This document shows positions 31,822 through 41,952 of a stretch of 64,000 bases of DNA, piece after piece. This DNA is from an uncultured Chloroflexia bacterium (lineage in GTDB: Bacteria > Chloroflexota > Limnocylindria > Limnocylindrales > CSP1-4). Numbering within the stretch: the stretch's first letter is position 1; the number at the start of each line of letters is the position of its first letter. A program made the translations under genes and the position numbers. The notes under the pieces were generated by a model that saw only the letters and a program-made list of their open reading frames with translations, had not been told where the DNA came from and did no database searches. The stretch is from NCBI GenBank assembly GCA_963768655.1, contig CAVYIM010000004.1:32001-96000 (forward strand), given 5' to 3'.

Positions 31822-34417
31822 GTGAGGATCCTTCGTATCCAGCTGAAGGACTTCGGCCGGCATCGCGAGCTCAACCTCGAGCTGGCGCCGGGGTTCACGA
31901 TCATTCGCGGCCCGAACGAGGCCGGCAAGTCGACCATTCAGCGTGGCATCGAGCTGGCCCTGTTCCGAAAGGCGACTGCCACCGGCACAGAGCTCGACAC
32001 GCTACATTCGTGGGGCGCCGCCGACGAGGCCCATGCGAGCACGCGTCTGGAGTTCGTGGTCGAGGACGACAACGAGGAAACCGGCGAGCTGTCCGTCCGC
32101 CATGGCGTGCTGGAGAAGGAGTTCCGGGGCCAGCGCGGCAAGGTGTCCCTCGAATACGACGGCCAGACCTACACCGACCCGGCTCGGGCCGATCAGATCA
32201 TCGCCGAGCTGACGGGCATCCCCAACGAGGGTTTCTTCCGCTCCACCGCCTCGATCCGCCATGAGGAGCTCGACGACCTGGACCGCGACGAAGGCGCGCT
32301 GCGGGACCGGTTGCAGGGCAGCGTCGGCGGCGGCGACAAGGGCAGCTCGCGGGCCAAGACCCGTCTCGAAGAGACGATCCGAGCTCTGAAATCCCGCGGT
32401 GACAAGAACCCCGGCCGCCTCAAGATCGCGGAAGAGGCCGTGGCCAGAGCGGAAACGGCCCTCCGCAGCGGCGAGACCGCGCTCGAGAAGCTGGAACACG
32501 ATCGCGACGCCCTGGCCCAGGCTCGCGCCGGCCGCGTCCGCTCCGAGCAGGCCCTGGTCGAGAGCAGGAACATGCTCGAGGGCGCCCGCCAGGCGGACCG
32601 TCTTCGGTCCGATCGCGCCGTCGTCGCTGAGCGCTTCGAACGACTCCGCCAGGCCGCCGAGGCACAGCAGCGTCTCCAAACGCTGGAGTCGATGCCGGAG
32701 CGCTCGATGTCGAGCCTCCGCGACACGCTGGATCGGTTGCGCACGCTTCAGAGCCGCGTGACGATCCTGCAGGAAGCGCTTCGAGAGGAGCAGGGGCCGG
32801 ACGTCGAGCCCGATGAGCCGGTGCCGAGCTACCTGCTGTGGGGGCTGGCGACCGCGCTTCTTCCTCGTCATCGCTCTGGCCTCGGTCGCGTACGGCCTGC
32901 TGGCCGGAACCATGGCCATGATGCTGACCGGCGTCCTGTTCGTGCTTCTGGCCGCCCTGCTGGTCTATTTCCTCATGGAACGTCGATCGGCGGCGCTCCT
33001 GGTCCGGCATGCAAACAACGCCCGCGAGCGCGAGCGAGCGGTCCGACGCCAGAGCCGGGTTGGCACCGAAGAGGGTCTCCGGGTCGCACAGTCGGCCGTG
33101 CAGAACATCCTGCGGGAACTCGGCGCCACGGACAGCACCTCGGCCGAGCGGCTCTTGACGGGCGAGCAGGGCCGGCGCCAGGAGATCGCCACGCTGCAGG
33201 TCCAGGTATCGGCGCTGCTGGCCGGCCAGAGCGACGCGGATGTCGCGGCGCTGCGCGACCAGGCCGCTCTCGAGGTCGAGCAGAAGGCCGCGGCCCTGGA
33301 GGCTCTGGGTCCCGTTGCGACCGACGCCCGGGCGCGCGAGCGTCTCGAGGCGGAGGTGCGCGACCGCCAGGAGGCGCTGGAGCGGGCTCGCGACGCAGAA
33401 GCCGCCGCGATCGCCCGGGTGGACGCCAATCCCGTCGATGCCGAGCAGGTCGCCGGCGAAGCGGAGCGGCTCGTCACCTGGCGAGAGCAGCTCGACGCGC
33501 TCAAGCGGCGCATCCGGATCTACGAGAAGACTCTGGCGGCGATCGAAAGCGCCGAGGGGATGACGATGCGTAAGGCGACCCGCTTCCTGGAGCAACAGGT
33601 GGGCCGTGACATCGCCCGGCTCACAGGCGGCCGGTACCGCAAGGTTGAGATCGACGACCGTTCTCTGGACGTCGACGTCTGGGCGCCCGAGCGCGGCGAC
33701 TGGGTGGCCGCCAGCCATCTCAGCAAGGGCACGATCGACCAGATCTACCTGGCCGCGCGCATCGGCCTCGTTCGTCTGGTCACGCAAGGGAGACGGCCGC
33801 CGCTGGTCCTGGACGACCCTTTCGTGACCTTCGACGACCAGCGGGCGGCGCGGGCGGCGCTGCTGCTGCGCGAACTCTCGTCGGACTTCCAGGTCATCTA
33901 CCTGGCCTGCTCGAACCGATACGACGGTCTGGCCGACGCCGTCCTGGAACTGCCGGGCCCGACGGACACGGACGCCACCGCTGCGGCGAGGGCCGGTGGG
34001 GCTGCGGGGAGCGCCAAGGCGGCCACTCCCGCGGCGAAGGGCAAAGCCGAGGCGGCCGGGGTCGAAACTGCCGCAAACGAGCCGGCACCCGGGCAGCCCG
34101 CCGTGGCCGAGCCGGCAATGCCCGAGGCCGCGACCGCCGATCTCGCGACCGCCGATCTGGCGCAGGCCGAGCCTGCGGCCGCCGGTCCCGCGAGGGCCGA
34201 CTCTTCGACCGCTGAGAAGGCTTCGCCGGAGCCCACCTCCGGAGCGGCGGTCGGGACCGAGCCGGGCGGCTCCGGTACGGGCCAGCCGGAAGCCGGTGCC
34301 CCTGCGCCCGGCGGAACGGAATCGCCATCTCCGGAGGGCGTTCACATCGAAGACGAAGAGGTCGACCCCGACGCGGTCATCCAGGTCTCGGTGCCGGGCG
34401 AGGAGCTGGCGGACTGA
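31822..34417 (+). CDS. Rad50/SbcC/YhaN-like SMC ATPase, split by a frameshift near 32860 (probable assembly indel)
   Basis: Walker A GPNEAGKST in ORF 31822. Signature LSKGTIDQIYLAAR and Walker B LVLDDPFVTFD in ORF 32813..34417. Coiled coils on both sides. Confidence 0.88.
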
Positions 34418-34428
34418 CGGAGGAAGCG

Positions 34429-34755
34429 ATGGCTGGGGAGATCCCCGACGGCCTGGCGATCGAGTCCATATGGGCGGTCGAGGCGACCTACGGGCCGGAC
34501 GCCGCGGAACGACGCCCGGCCGTCCGGCAGGAGCATCTCACGAGGATCGGCGAGCTCCGCGCGGCCGGGACAATCGTCGAGGCCGGCGGCTATGCCGACA
34601 TGAGCGGCTCCCTGTTGCTCGTCCGCGCCCCCGACGAGGCGGCTGCGCTCGCGATCCTGGAGTCCGACGTCTACACGCGGTCGGGCGTGTGGACGAGCTT
34701 CCGGGCCCGAGCCATCGGGCGCGTGGTCCGTCGCGACGAGATCGAGGCCGGCTGA
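34429..34755 (+). CDS. YciI family protein
   Basis: RRPAVRQEHL, AGG, GSLL, ESDVY...GVW; GGAGG RBS. Confidence 0.8.
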   Translation: MAGEIPDGLAIESIWAVEATYGPDAAERRPAVRQEHLTRIGELRAAGTIVEAGGYADMSGSLLLVRAPDEAAALAILESDVYTRSGVWTSFRARAIGRVVRRDEIEAG

Positions 34756-34776
34756 CCTCGGGCCCGGCTGGTCGGC

Positions 34777-34870
34777 GCGCCCGACCGGCCGGCCCGCGCC
34801 CGACCGGCCGGCCCGCGCCCGACCGGGAGGCCCGCGCCCGACCCGCGGCCCGCGCCCGACCGGGCGGCCG
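34777..34870. repeat. Intergenic ~19-bp tandem repeat, about 5 copies
   Basis: gcgcccgaccggccggccc units between convergent genes. Confidence 0.85.
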
Positions 34871-34881
34871 CGGACGCAGGG

Positions 34882-36123
34882 TCAGGGGAACGAGATCGTA
34901 GTCGTCAGATCCGGCCGACCGCTGTCCGAGCCCGCATTGAAAACCTGGATCTGGTAGGTCCGGCCTGCGGCGACGGCATGGGTGTAGGCCGGTGTGATCG
35001 ACCCGGTCGCCGGGTAGGTGGCCTGGCCCACCGCGGATCCCGGTGAGGACGTGACATCGGTCAGGGTCAGCGTCGCATCGGTGGACACCGGCGGCCACGA
35101 GGCGATGAGTCCGACCGATCCGGCCGCCCGCGTCTTGAACGTGGCTGTGAAGCCCCTCAGCGAGTCCGGGTTGGGCGCCCCCTGGAAACGGCCGCCGCTG
35201 AGAGTGATAGCCGGCGCCCTGGTCTGCCAGGTGAAGGCCACGTCCACGACCGGCGTCGCGCCCGCATCCGTCGCGATGAGCGTCACCACCCACTGGGCCT
35301 GATCCCCGGAGGACGGGGCCACCGTGAAGAAGCCGGGTGTAGCGCCCGTGGTGCAGCTCTGCGGGCCGCCGTTCACCTGGATGCACATCTTCAGATTGGC
35401 CAGTGGGGCGGCGGCCGCCACCTCCGCCGAGACCGACCCGGGCCCATCGGTCGTGAACGCGAAAGTGCGTGCCGTGCCGCTGGGGTCCGCCTCGGAGTCG
35501 AGCATCATCTGGTGAAAGGTGATCGTCGCGGGCGACGCGGGCCCACTCGCCTGCGGCGCGGGGGTGGTTGTGCCCATCGGCGTGGAGCTCGCGCCGGCGG
35601 TCGAGCTCGGACCGGGCGTTTCCGTCGCGCTGGCCGTGGAGCTCGGACCGGGCGTTTCCGTCGCGCCGCCTGTCGCGGTGGGGCTGAGTGTCGCACTGCC
35701 GGTCATGGCGGGCGTCGGGCTGGCCGGCAGGGGCGATGCGGTTGCCACGCTCGTCCCCGGACTGGCCGTGGAGGAAGAGCCGCGGTTCATGGCCGCGAAC
35801 AGCAGCTTTCCAGTGGCGCCGGCCAGGATGGCCGCGACCAGGCCCAGGACGAGGGCGATGTTGCGCCACCGCCTCGAAGACGCTTCCGTCCGCCTTGCTC
35901 TCGAGTCGGGAATCTGCTCGTCGGGGGGCTCACCTCCGGTTTCATCGAAGGCGAAGTACCCCGGGTCGCGACGTCCCCCGGCCGGCGTGCCGCGACCGGC
36001 CGCATCGTCGCCCAGCGTGTCACCCGCCAGCCCCCGGCCGGCGTCCCGACCCGTCGCGCTGGCAGGCGCCGAACCCTCGCCGGCCGGGTCGACCGACGAG
36101 CCCTCGATTGGGAAGTCGTCCAA
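34882..36123 (-). CDS. Single-TM protein with Ser/Thr/Pro linker and unknown extracytoplasmic beta-domain
   Basis: RRWRNIALVLGLVAAILAG anchor; paralogous to the adjacent gene. Confidence 0.75.
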   Translation of the reverse strand: MDDFPIEGSSVDPAGEGSAPASATGRDAGRGLAGDTLGDDAAGRGTPAGGRRDPGYFAFDETGGEPPDEQIPDSRARRTEASSRRWRNIALVLGLVAAILAGATGKLLFAAMNRGSSSTASPGTSVATASPLPASPTPAMTGSATLSPTATGGATETPGPSSTASATETPGPSSTAGASSTPMGTTTPAPQASGPASPATITFHQMMLDSEADPSGTARTFAFTTDGPGSVSAEVAAAAPLANLKMCIQVNGGPQSCTTGATPGFFTVAPSSGDQAQWVVTLIATDAGATPVVDVAFTWQTRAPAITLSGGRFQGAPNPDSLRGFTATFKTRAAGSVGLIASWPPVSTDATLTLTDVTSSPGSAVGQATYPATGSITPAYTHAVAAGRTYQIQVFNAGSDSGRPDLTTTISFP

Positions 36124-36233
36124 CCGCTCGCCTCCTCGTCAGCCGGATGACCCACGATGGGCAGGCACAACCTGCCCCGATCGATGCGTCGGTCAGGCTG
36201 GGTCCTGGCAACAGCCTCCCGCGCGTCGAGTGG

Positions 36234-37151
36234 TCAAGGGACCGAGATCACGGCCGTCAGGTCCGGCCGCTGGCTGTCGGCAGACAGGTTCCGCAACGAG
36301 ACCCGATACGACTTGCCCGCGTTCAAACCGTATGCGTAGCCAGGCGTGCCGAGGTTCGTGACGCTCGAGAACTGCTTCTGGTCGAGGATCGTCGCCGTGG
36401 GGGCGTTGAGATCCTCGGTCGTGACCTCGACGTTGGCAGTGACGGCGGTCCACGAGGCAGCCACGGTCAGATTGCCGGCGTTGACCGTCTTGACCGTGGC
36501 CGTGAAGCCGTTGAGGTTCGGGGACACGCCCGGGCTGGAGCTGCCCTGGAATCGGCCGTGGGTCAGGGTTATCTGGGCATGGTTGGTCGGCCACGACAGG
36601 GCCACGTCGACTGTCGGCCCGATACTGGCCGGCCCGATCAGCGTGACGACCCAGACCGAGTGCGCGGTGTCCGTATAGGCGCCCTTGTAGCTGACGGCGG
36701 TGCCGGTGCGGCAGTCGGGCTTCCCGCCGTCGATCTGGGCGCAGATCTTCGTGGTCGCCTTGGCGGGCGAGCTCTTGACGATCGCGATCCCGACCGGGCC
36801 GGAGCCGTCGGTGATGAAGGTGATCGTCCGCGGCTTTGCAAGGGCGTCCGTCGACGCGTCGAGCTGCAGGTTGTTGAACGTGACATGTGCGATCGGAGCG
36901 TTGGCCAGGGGCGTGGCCGTCGGCCCGGCCGTGGGACTGGCCGAAGCCGTCGGAGATGGAGAGGTCGCGGGCGAACTGGAAGACTGCGGAGATCCGGAAA
37001 CCGAAGGAGCGACGGTGGCGGTGGCGCCGGCCGGCTGGGATGGCGTGGGCGACTCACCCGAGGTGGCCAGCAATGCGCCGGCAGCGATTATCAGCACCAC
37101 GCACGCCACGCCCAGCACGGCTGAGAGATTGCGCCAACTAGAGTCATTCAC
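36234..37151 (-). CDS. Single-TM protein, paralog of 34882-36123
   Basis: WRNLSAVLGVACVVLII anchor; GGAGGAG RBS; shared GRFQG, GFTAT.KT, RPDLT..IS.P. Confidence 0.78.
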   Translation of the reverse strand: MNDSSWRNLSAVLGVACVVLIIAAGALLATSGESPTPSQPAGATATVAPSVSGSPQSSSSPATSPSPTASASPTAGPTATPLANAPIAHVTFNNLQLDASTDALAKPRTITFITDGSGPVGIAIVKSSPAKATTKICAQIDGGKPDCRTGTAVSYKGAYTDTAHSVWVVTLIGPASIGPTVDVALSWPTNHAQITLTHGRFQGSSSPGVSPNLNGFTATVKTVNAGNLTVAASWTAVTANVEVTTEDLNAPTATILDQKQFSSVTNLGTPGYAYGLNAGKSYRVSLRNLSADSQRPDLTAVISVP

Positions 37152-37268
37152 CTGGCTATCTCCTCCGGGTCCTCGATCTGCGGGTCACAAGATACCTCCT
37201 GCGGGCCCACCAGCGATAACCGCGGGGATTCGCCTATCCTCCCGCCCCGGCTCCGCTACGCTGCCACG

Positions 37269-38528
37269 ATGCGCCGACACGGCCAGCAGGACTGGCGTCT
37301 GCTGCTCAGCCTGTACTGGATCACCTCGTTCGTCGAAGGCTTCGGAGTGGCGCAGGTCTACGCCTTCCTGCCGAATCGACTGGCCGAAGTGGGCATGTCG
37401 ACGCCCGACATCGACCGCTTCGTCGGTGTGCTCGGCGCGCTCTTCTTCCTCACGGGGCTGCCGCTCGTCCCGCTGTGGGGCGTCTGGGCGGACAAGTACA
37501 GCCGCAAGGCGGTAATAATCCGCAGCGCGCTCGTCGAGGTCGTTGTCTTCGGCGTGGTCGGGGCCAGTCGCGAGCCCTGGCAGCTCGTCATCGGGGTCCT
37601 GCTCGTTGCCTTCCAGCTGGGCAACAGCGGCGTGATGATGGCGGCCATCCGCGACGTCACGCCTACGCACCGGCTGGGCCTGGCCATGGGCGTCTTCGCG
37701 GCCAGCAGCCCGCTCGGCTTCGGAGTGGGCCCGGCGGTCGGGTCGGTCATGATCGACCAGCTGCACCTGGCCAGCGGCAACGTCTTTGCCGTCGCGGCGA
37801 TCCTCTCGGCGGCGGTGGCGCTGATGCTGGCCGTCGGATCGGCCGAGGTCCGGCCCGAAGTCGTCCCTCAGGGAAGCGTTCTGAGGTTGGCCTTCGGAGC
37901 CGTGCGGGGCGTGCTGTCGGACCGGACCGTGCGGTGGCTGTTCACCATCTACGGGATCGCCTTTCTGGGCCGCCAGATGTCGACGCAGTACCTGGCCCTG
38001 CTCGTGCACGACGTTGAGCACACCCCACTGGACGTGGCCGGCTCGATAGGGCTGGTGCTCGGCCTGGCCACGATCGTGGGCGCCTCTCTGTCGCCTCTGG
38101 GCGGCTGGGTCGCCGATCGCGCCGGCTTCCGGACGGTGATGGTGGTTTCGATGGGCGGCCTGGCAGTCGCCTTCGCGGCCCTGCCGCTCGCCCCCTCGGC
38201 GGCCTGGATGGCAGTCGCGTACGGCCTGGCGGTCGCCTTCCAGGCCGTTGTCGGGGCGATGGTATCCGGGATCCTGGCAGTCGAAGTACCGGCCGAGCGC
38301 CGCTCGGCGACGCTCAACCTGGTCTTCCTGCCGCTCTATCTGGGTGGCATCGTGGGACCGGCCCTGGGCTCGGCGGTCGTCGGCTCGGGCCTGCGGTCCG
38401 TCTTCTACCTGGCGGCCGTTGTCCTCCTGGGAGGCCTGATCGTCGCGATCGTCTTTGCGCGTCGAACGAGCGGCGCCCACAGGGTGCCGCTCGCGGGAGT
38501 CGCCGAGGGCGCCGAACCGGCCGATTGA
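37269..38528 (+). CDS. MFS transporter
   Basis: About 12 TM helices; WGVWADKYSRK and GGWVADRAGFR motif-A copies. TACGCT 6 nt before the ATG suggests a leaderless mRNA. Confidence 0.9.
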   Translation: MRRHGQQDWRLLLSLYWITSFVEGFGVAQVYAFLPNRLAEVGMSTPDIDRFVGVLGALFFLTGLPLVPLWGVWADKYSRKAVIIRSALVEVVVFGVVGASREPWQLVIGVLLVAFQLGNSGVMMAAIRDVTPTHRLGLAMGVFAASSPLGFGVGPAVGSVMIDQLHLASGNVFAVAAILSAAVALMLAVGSAEVRPEVVPQGSVLRLAFGAVRGVLSDRTVRWLFTIYGIAFLGRQMSTQYLALLVHDVEHTPLDVAGSIGLVLGLATIVGASLSPLGGWVADRAGFRTVMVVSMGGLAVAFAALPLAPSAAWMAVAYGLAVAFQAVVGAMVSGILAVEVPAERRSATLNLVFLPLYLGGIVGPALGSAVVGSGLRSVFYLAAVVLLGGLIVAIVFARRTSGAHRVPLAGVAEGAEPAD

Positions 38529-38582
38529 CGGCGAACGCTCCCAGCCGGGAGGTCCGGCCGTGGACGCCGCGTCGTCGCGGCT

Positions 38583-39770
38583 CTAGCGACCCAGTGCCGG
38601 GACGTCCATCTCCGCCGGGCCGACGTACCGGGCGTCCGGCCGGATCAGCTTGTCGGCCGAGGCCTGCTCGATGGCGTGGGCGCCCCAGCCGGCCATGCGG
38701 GCCAGGGCGAACGTCGGCGGGAAGAGGTCGGGCGGGAGGCCGACGCCCTGAAGCACCGCGGCGGCGTAGTACTCGACGTTGGTCTTGATGACGCGGTCCG
38801 GCTTCAGCTCGCCGAAGACGCGCAGGACTACGTCTTCCACCTTGACTGCCACGTCGAGCCACTCGGCCATGTCGGCCATGCCCTCGGCCACTTTCCGTAG
38901 GGCTGCGGCGCGGGGGTCGTAGGCGCGGTAGACGCGATGGCCGAAGCCCATGATCCGGTCGCCGCGGGCGATTGCCTCGCGGACCCACTTCTCGGCGTGC
39001 TCGGGGGAGCCGATCTCGTGGAGCTGGCTCACGACCTCGGCCGGGGCGCCGCCGTGGAGCGGGCCCTTCAGGGCGCCGATGGCCCCGCAGATCGCACTCG
39101 CCAAGTCGGAGCGCGTCGAGATGATGACCCGGCAGGTGAATGTGGAGGCGTTCAGGCCGTGCTCCGCCCCGACGATGAAGTACGCGTCCAGGGCACGGGC
39201 GTCGGCAGGATCGGGATCCTTGCCGGTCAGCTGCTGCAGGAAGCCGCCCGCCAGAGAGAGCTTGGGGTTCGGCTTGACCGGCTCGAGGCCGTTGCGCAGG
39301 CGGTGGAAGGCCGCCAGCGCGGAGGGCGCGAACGCGGTGACCTCCCGGGCCTGGTCGACGGTGGGCGGCCAGTGCGGCCGGCGCCACGCGCCCCAGACGG
39401 ATACCGCGGTGCGCAGCGCGTCCATGGGATGGGTGTGGGAAGGCAGCTCGTACAGCGCGCACATGACGGGCTCCGGTACCGGGGCAGGCACCAGGCGCGC
39501 GGACTTGCGCCACTCACCGGTCCAGAGCAGCTCGGCGACGCGGCCGTAGGTGCCCTTCTCGACGAGCTGGCCGATGGGGTAGCCACGGTACAGCAGCCGG
39601 CCATTCGCGCCGTCCACGAGACCGACCGCCGTTTCGGCGGCGATCACGCCTTCGAGGCCCGGTGAGTACGGTCGCTCCGGCTTCGGCGCGGCCTCGGCCG
39701 GCGCCGGCGGCGCTGCCGCCGCGGGCTCGTCCACGATGGGGGCAGCGGGGTTCTGTGGAGTCGTCGTCAT
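38583..39770 (-). CDS. Citrate synthase / 2-methylcitrate synthase
   Basis: GLEGVIA, LLYRGY, EHGLNAST, LKGPLHGGA, MGFGHRVY..YDPRA, TNVEYY. Confidence 0.95.
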   Translation of the reverse strand: MTTTPQNPAAPIVDEPAAAAPPAPAEAAPKPERPYSPGLEGVIAAETAVGLVDGANGRLLYRGYPIGQLVEKGTYGRVAELLWTGEWRKSARLVPAPVPEPVMCALYELPSHTHPMDALRTAVSVWGAWRRPHWPPTVDQAREVTAFAPSALAAFHRLRNGLEPVKPNPKLSLAGGFLQQLTGKDPDPADARALDAYFIVGAEHGLNASTFTCRVIISTRSDLASAICGAIGALKGPLHGGAPAEVVSQLHEIGSPEHAEKWVREAIARGDRIMGFGHRVYRAYDPRAAALRKVAEGMADMAEWLDVAVKVEDVVLRVFGELKPDRVIKTNVEYYAAAVLQGVGLPPDLFPPTFALARMAGWGAHAIEQASADKLIRPDARYVGPAEMDVPALGR

Positions 39771-39945
39771 CGTGGCCCTCCTTGGGGCTCAGGACCGTCT
39801 CTCGATCTCGGGCCCCGGGGTGGCAGCTCTCCCCGCGGGCGGAATCGTGGCACGCATCCTACCTCTCCAGCGGATACAGGCGTGGGTCGCGTCGAAACTG
39901 TCCCGCCCGATGGGGTAGGCGGCCCGGGACGGCCCCGGAAAGGCG

Positions 39946-40236
39946 CTAGTAGCGCGACCCGCGATGTCCGCGCCGGTCATTACCCTCGAGCGCGTTCAGG
40001 ATGAGGCGGATGACTGTGGCGCCAAGGAAGGCCACCAGGAGAGCCCCGAGGAAGCCGCTGGTGCTGCCCATGTGCAGCTCCTCGGTGGCGAACCAGCCTC
40101 CGAGAAGTCCGCCGAGGATGCCGATCATCGTGTTGCCGAGGCAGCCCTCGGGACCGCCTCCCTTCACGACGGCACTGGAGAGAGCCCCGGCCAGGAAACC
40201 GACGACAATCCAACCGAGGATTTCCATGTGGGGCAC
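39946..40236 (-). CDS. GlsB/YeaQ/YmgE (transglycosylase-associated) membrane protein
   Basis: WIVVGFLAGAL, GCLGNTMIGILGGLLGG, VAFLGA; AGGAGG RBS. Confidence 0.85.
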   Translation of the reverse strand: MPHMEILGWIVVGFLAGALSSAVVKGGGPEGCLGNTMIGILGGLLGGWFATEELHMGSTSGFLGALLVAFLGATVIRLILNALEGNDRRGHRGSRY

Positions 40237-40371
40237 GTCCGCTCCTCCTGCCTGCGCGAGATCGGGTGGCGCGAGAGCGCCCGACTGCTCGATTCGATGA
40301 TAACGGTGGCCACCGATGGCGCGGGGCCAGAAGCAGGCTCCGGCGGCCCGCGCCTTCGACGGCTGGCGAGC

Positions 40372-40620
40372 CTAGAGGGCGTCCTTCCAGGCCGGCATCG
40401 TCTTCATGTAGGCGATCGCCTTCTCGCGGGCGGCCTGGTAGTCGAGGCCATCCTGGCGCATCGTCCACTGGGTGAAGCGCTCCAGGCGTTCGTCCACGGG
40501 CGGCAAGTCGCCCTCTGGGGCGCAGTGCTTGCAATACGGGATCTCGAGGTTGGCAAGTGCATGGTCCTCTGCGCCGGCGAGCGGCATGCCGCAGGATTCG
40601 CAGCTGGCAACGATCGTCAT
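40372..40620 (-). CDS. Small zinc-ribbon protein (CxSCGMPL type)
   Basis: CESCGMPL...YCKHC...MPAWK; ATGA overlap with marR. Confidence 0.85.
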   Translation of the reverse strand: MTIVASCESCGMPLAGAEDHALANLEIPYCKHCAPEGDLPPVDERLERFTQWTMRQDGLDYQAAREKAIAYMKTMPAWKDAL

Positions 40621-41171
40621 CGGGGCGTCCTTTCGGTCTCGTTCGCGCGCCCGGGGGCGCTCGACTCGGTCGGGGATGAAGCGGCGGCGGCGAGCAGCTC
40701 GAAGCCGCGGACGACGATCGCCCGCTCCGCCGGTGACAGGGTGGCCATCGTTTCGGCGATCAGGTCCGGGGCCAGCACCTCGCCGACCCGGGAGACCACG
40801 TCACGGCCGGCGTCCGTCAGCCAGACCAGCACCCGGCGTTCGTCGCGCTCGTCGCGGATCCGGGCGACGAGCCCTTTCGACTCCAGGCGCGCCAGCAGCT
40901 CGGATGCCGAGTTGCGCCGCAGGCCCATGTGTTCGGCCTGTTCACCTACCGTCAGGGGGCCGCTCGCGGAGAGATGCGCCAGCACTTCCAGCGCGCGCCG
41001 CGTGACGGGTAGATCCGCGCCCCGAACCCGCTGAGCCCAGTGGTACCGCCGATACACCTCCGGAAAGAGGCGGGCTACTCGCCTTGCGGCCTGCTGAGCC
41101 GTGAGCTCGGGAGCGCCGTCCGGGGCGTTAGCCTGAGCTGGGTTCTGGCTGGATCTGTTCGTGGCGACCAT
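40617..41171 (-). CDS. MarR family transcriptional regulator
   Basis: LARLESKGLVARIRDERDERRVLVWLTDAG. Confidence 0.9.
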   Translation of the reverse strand: MVATNRSSQNPAQANAPDGAPELTAQQAARRVARLFPEVYRRYHWAQRVRGADLPVTRRALEVLAHLSASGPLTVGEQAEHMGLRRNSASELLARLESKGLVARIRDERDERRVLVWLTDAGRDVVSRVGEVLAPDLIAETMATLSPAERAIVVRGFELLAAAASSPTESSAPGRANETERTPR

Positions 41172-41247
41172 GTCGCTGCGACTATCGGCCGGGCCGTTGC
41201 GGGCGTCAACGGATCTGATCGGTCGCTACGACATATTGCGTCGACGG

Positions 41248-41952
41248 CTAGCTCGAAGGCGTCGGGCCGGGCGTCTCGTCCGGGACCTCGATGCTGACGA
41301 GGAAGGACGTGTAGGCCAGGCTCGATGGACCCCGGATCACTTCGGCGAACACGTTTTGGAACGCTCCGCTCTGAGCAGTCAGCTCGACACGGCCCCCATG
41401 CTCGTCCGTGGCGCAATGGAACGTCGCGCCCTGAACGGCCTGAGCGAACGGCACGCTCGTTCCCGGATCGGTGCTGGCCAGCACGACGAGATCGTCGGGC
41501 CCGCTGCACACCACGTGAATGGCGATTTGGGGCGCCGGTGGCAGGAGGTTGCCCCCGACCGAGCCCCCGGCTGGGCCACCATCCCCAAAAGATTCCTGGA
41601 ATTTCCAGCCGGCCGGGGCGCTTGGAGCCGTCGGCATCGGAGTGGGCTCCGCACTCGGGCCGCTTCCGGTTCCGATGTTTCGCGGCAGAAACACGAGCGT
41701 GAACGCGCCCGCCGCGACCACGATGACCGCTGCCAGAGATACGCCGACCCTGCCTGCTCGCCCCAGCGATCGCCAGGCCGCGTTCGCCCGGCTGGTTCGA
41801 GATTCGGTCGGCGTCGTCATCGGAAGCTCCCTCACGTACGAATACAGAGTCTGCGGCGCCCCGGGCGTAAGGCGGTCGTCGAAGACGCCCGACAGACGCT
41901 CGTCCAGCTCGGCATCGGATATAGGGCGGTGGGTGCGCCCGAGGGACTTCAT
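41248..41952 (-). CDS. Putative anti-sigma factor (single TM)
   Basis: ATGA-coupled to the ECF sigma; short cytoplasmic N-terminus, one TM, extracytoplasmic domain with a Cys pair. Confidence 0.65.
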   Translation of the reverse strand: MKSLGRTHRPISDAELDERLSGVFDDRLTPGAPQTLYSYVRELPMTTPTESRTSRANAAWRSLGRAGRVGVSLAAVIVVAAGAFTLVFLPRNIGTGSGPSAEPTPMPTAPSAPAGWKFQESFGDGGPAGGSVGGNLLPPAPQIAIHVVCSGPDDLVVLASTDPGTSVPFAQAVQGATFHCATDEHGGRVELTAQSGAFQNVFAEVIRGPSSLAYTSFLVSIEVPDETPGPTPSS

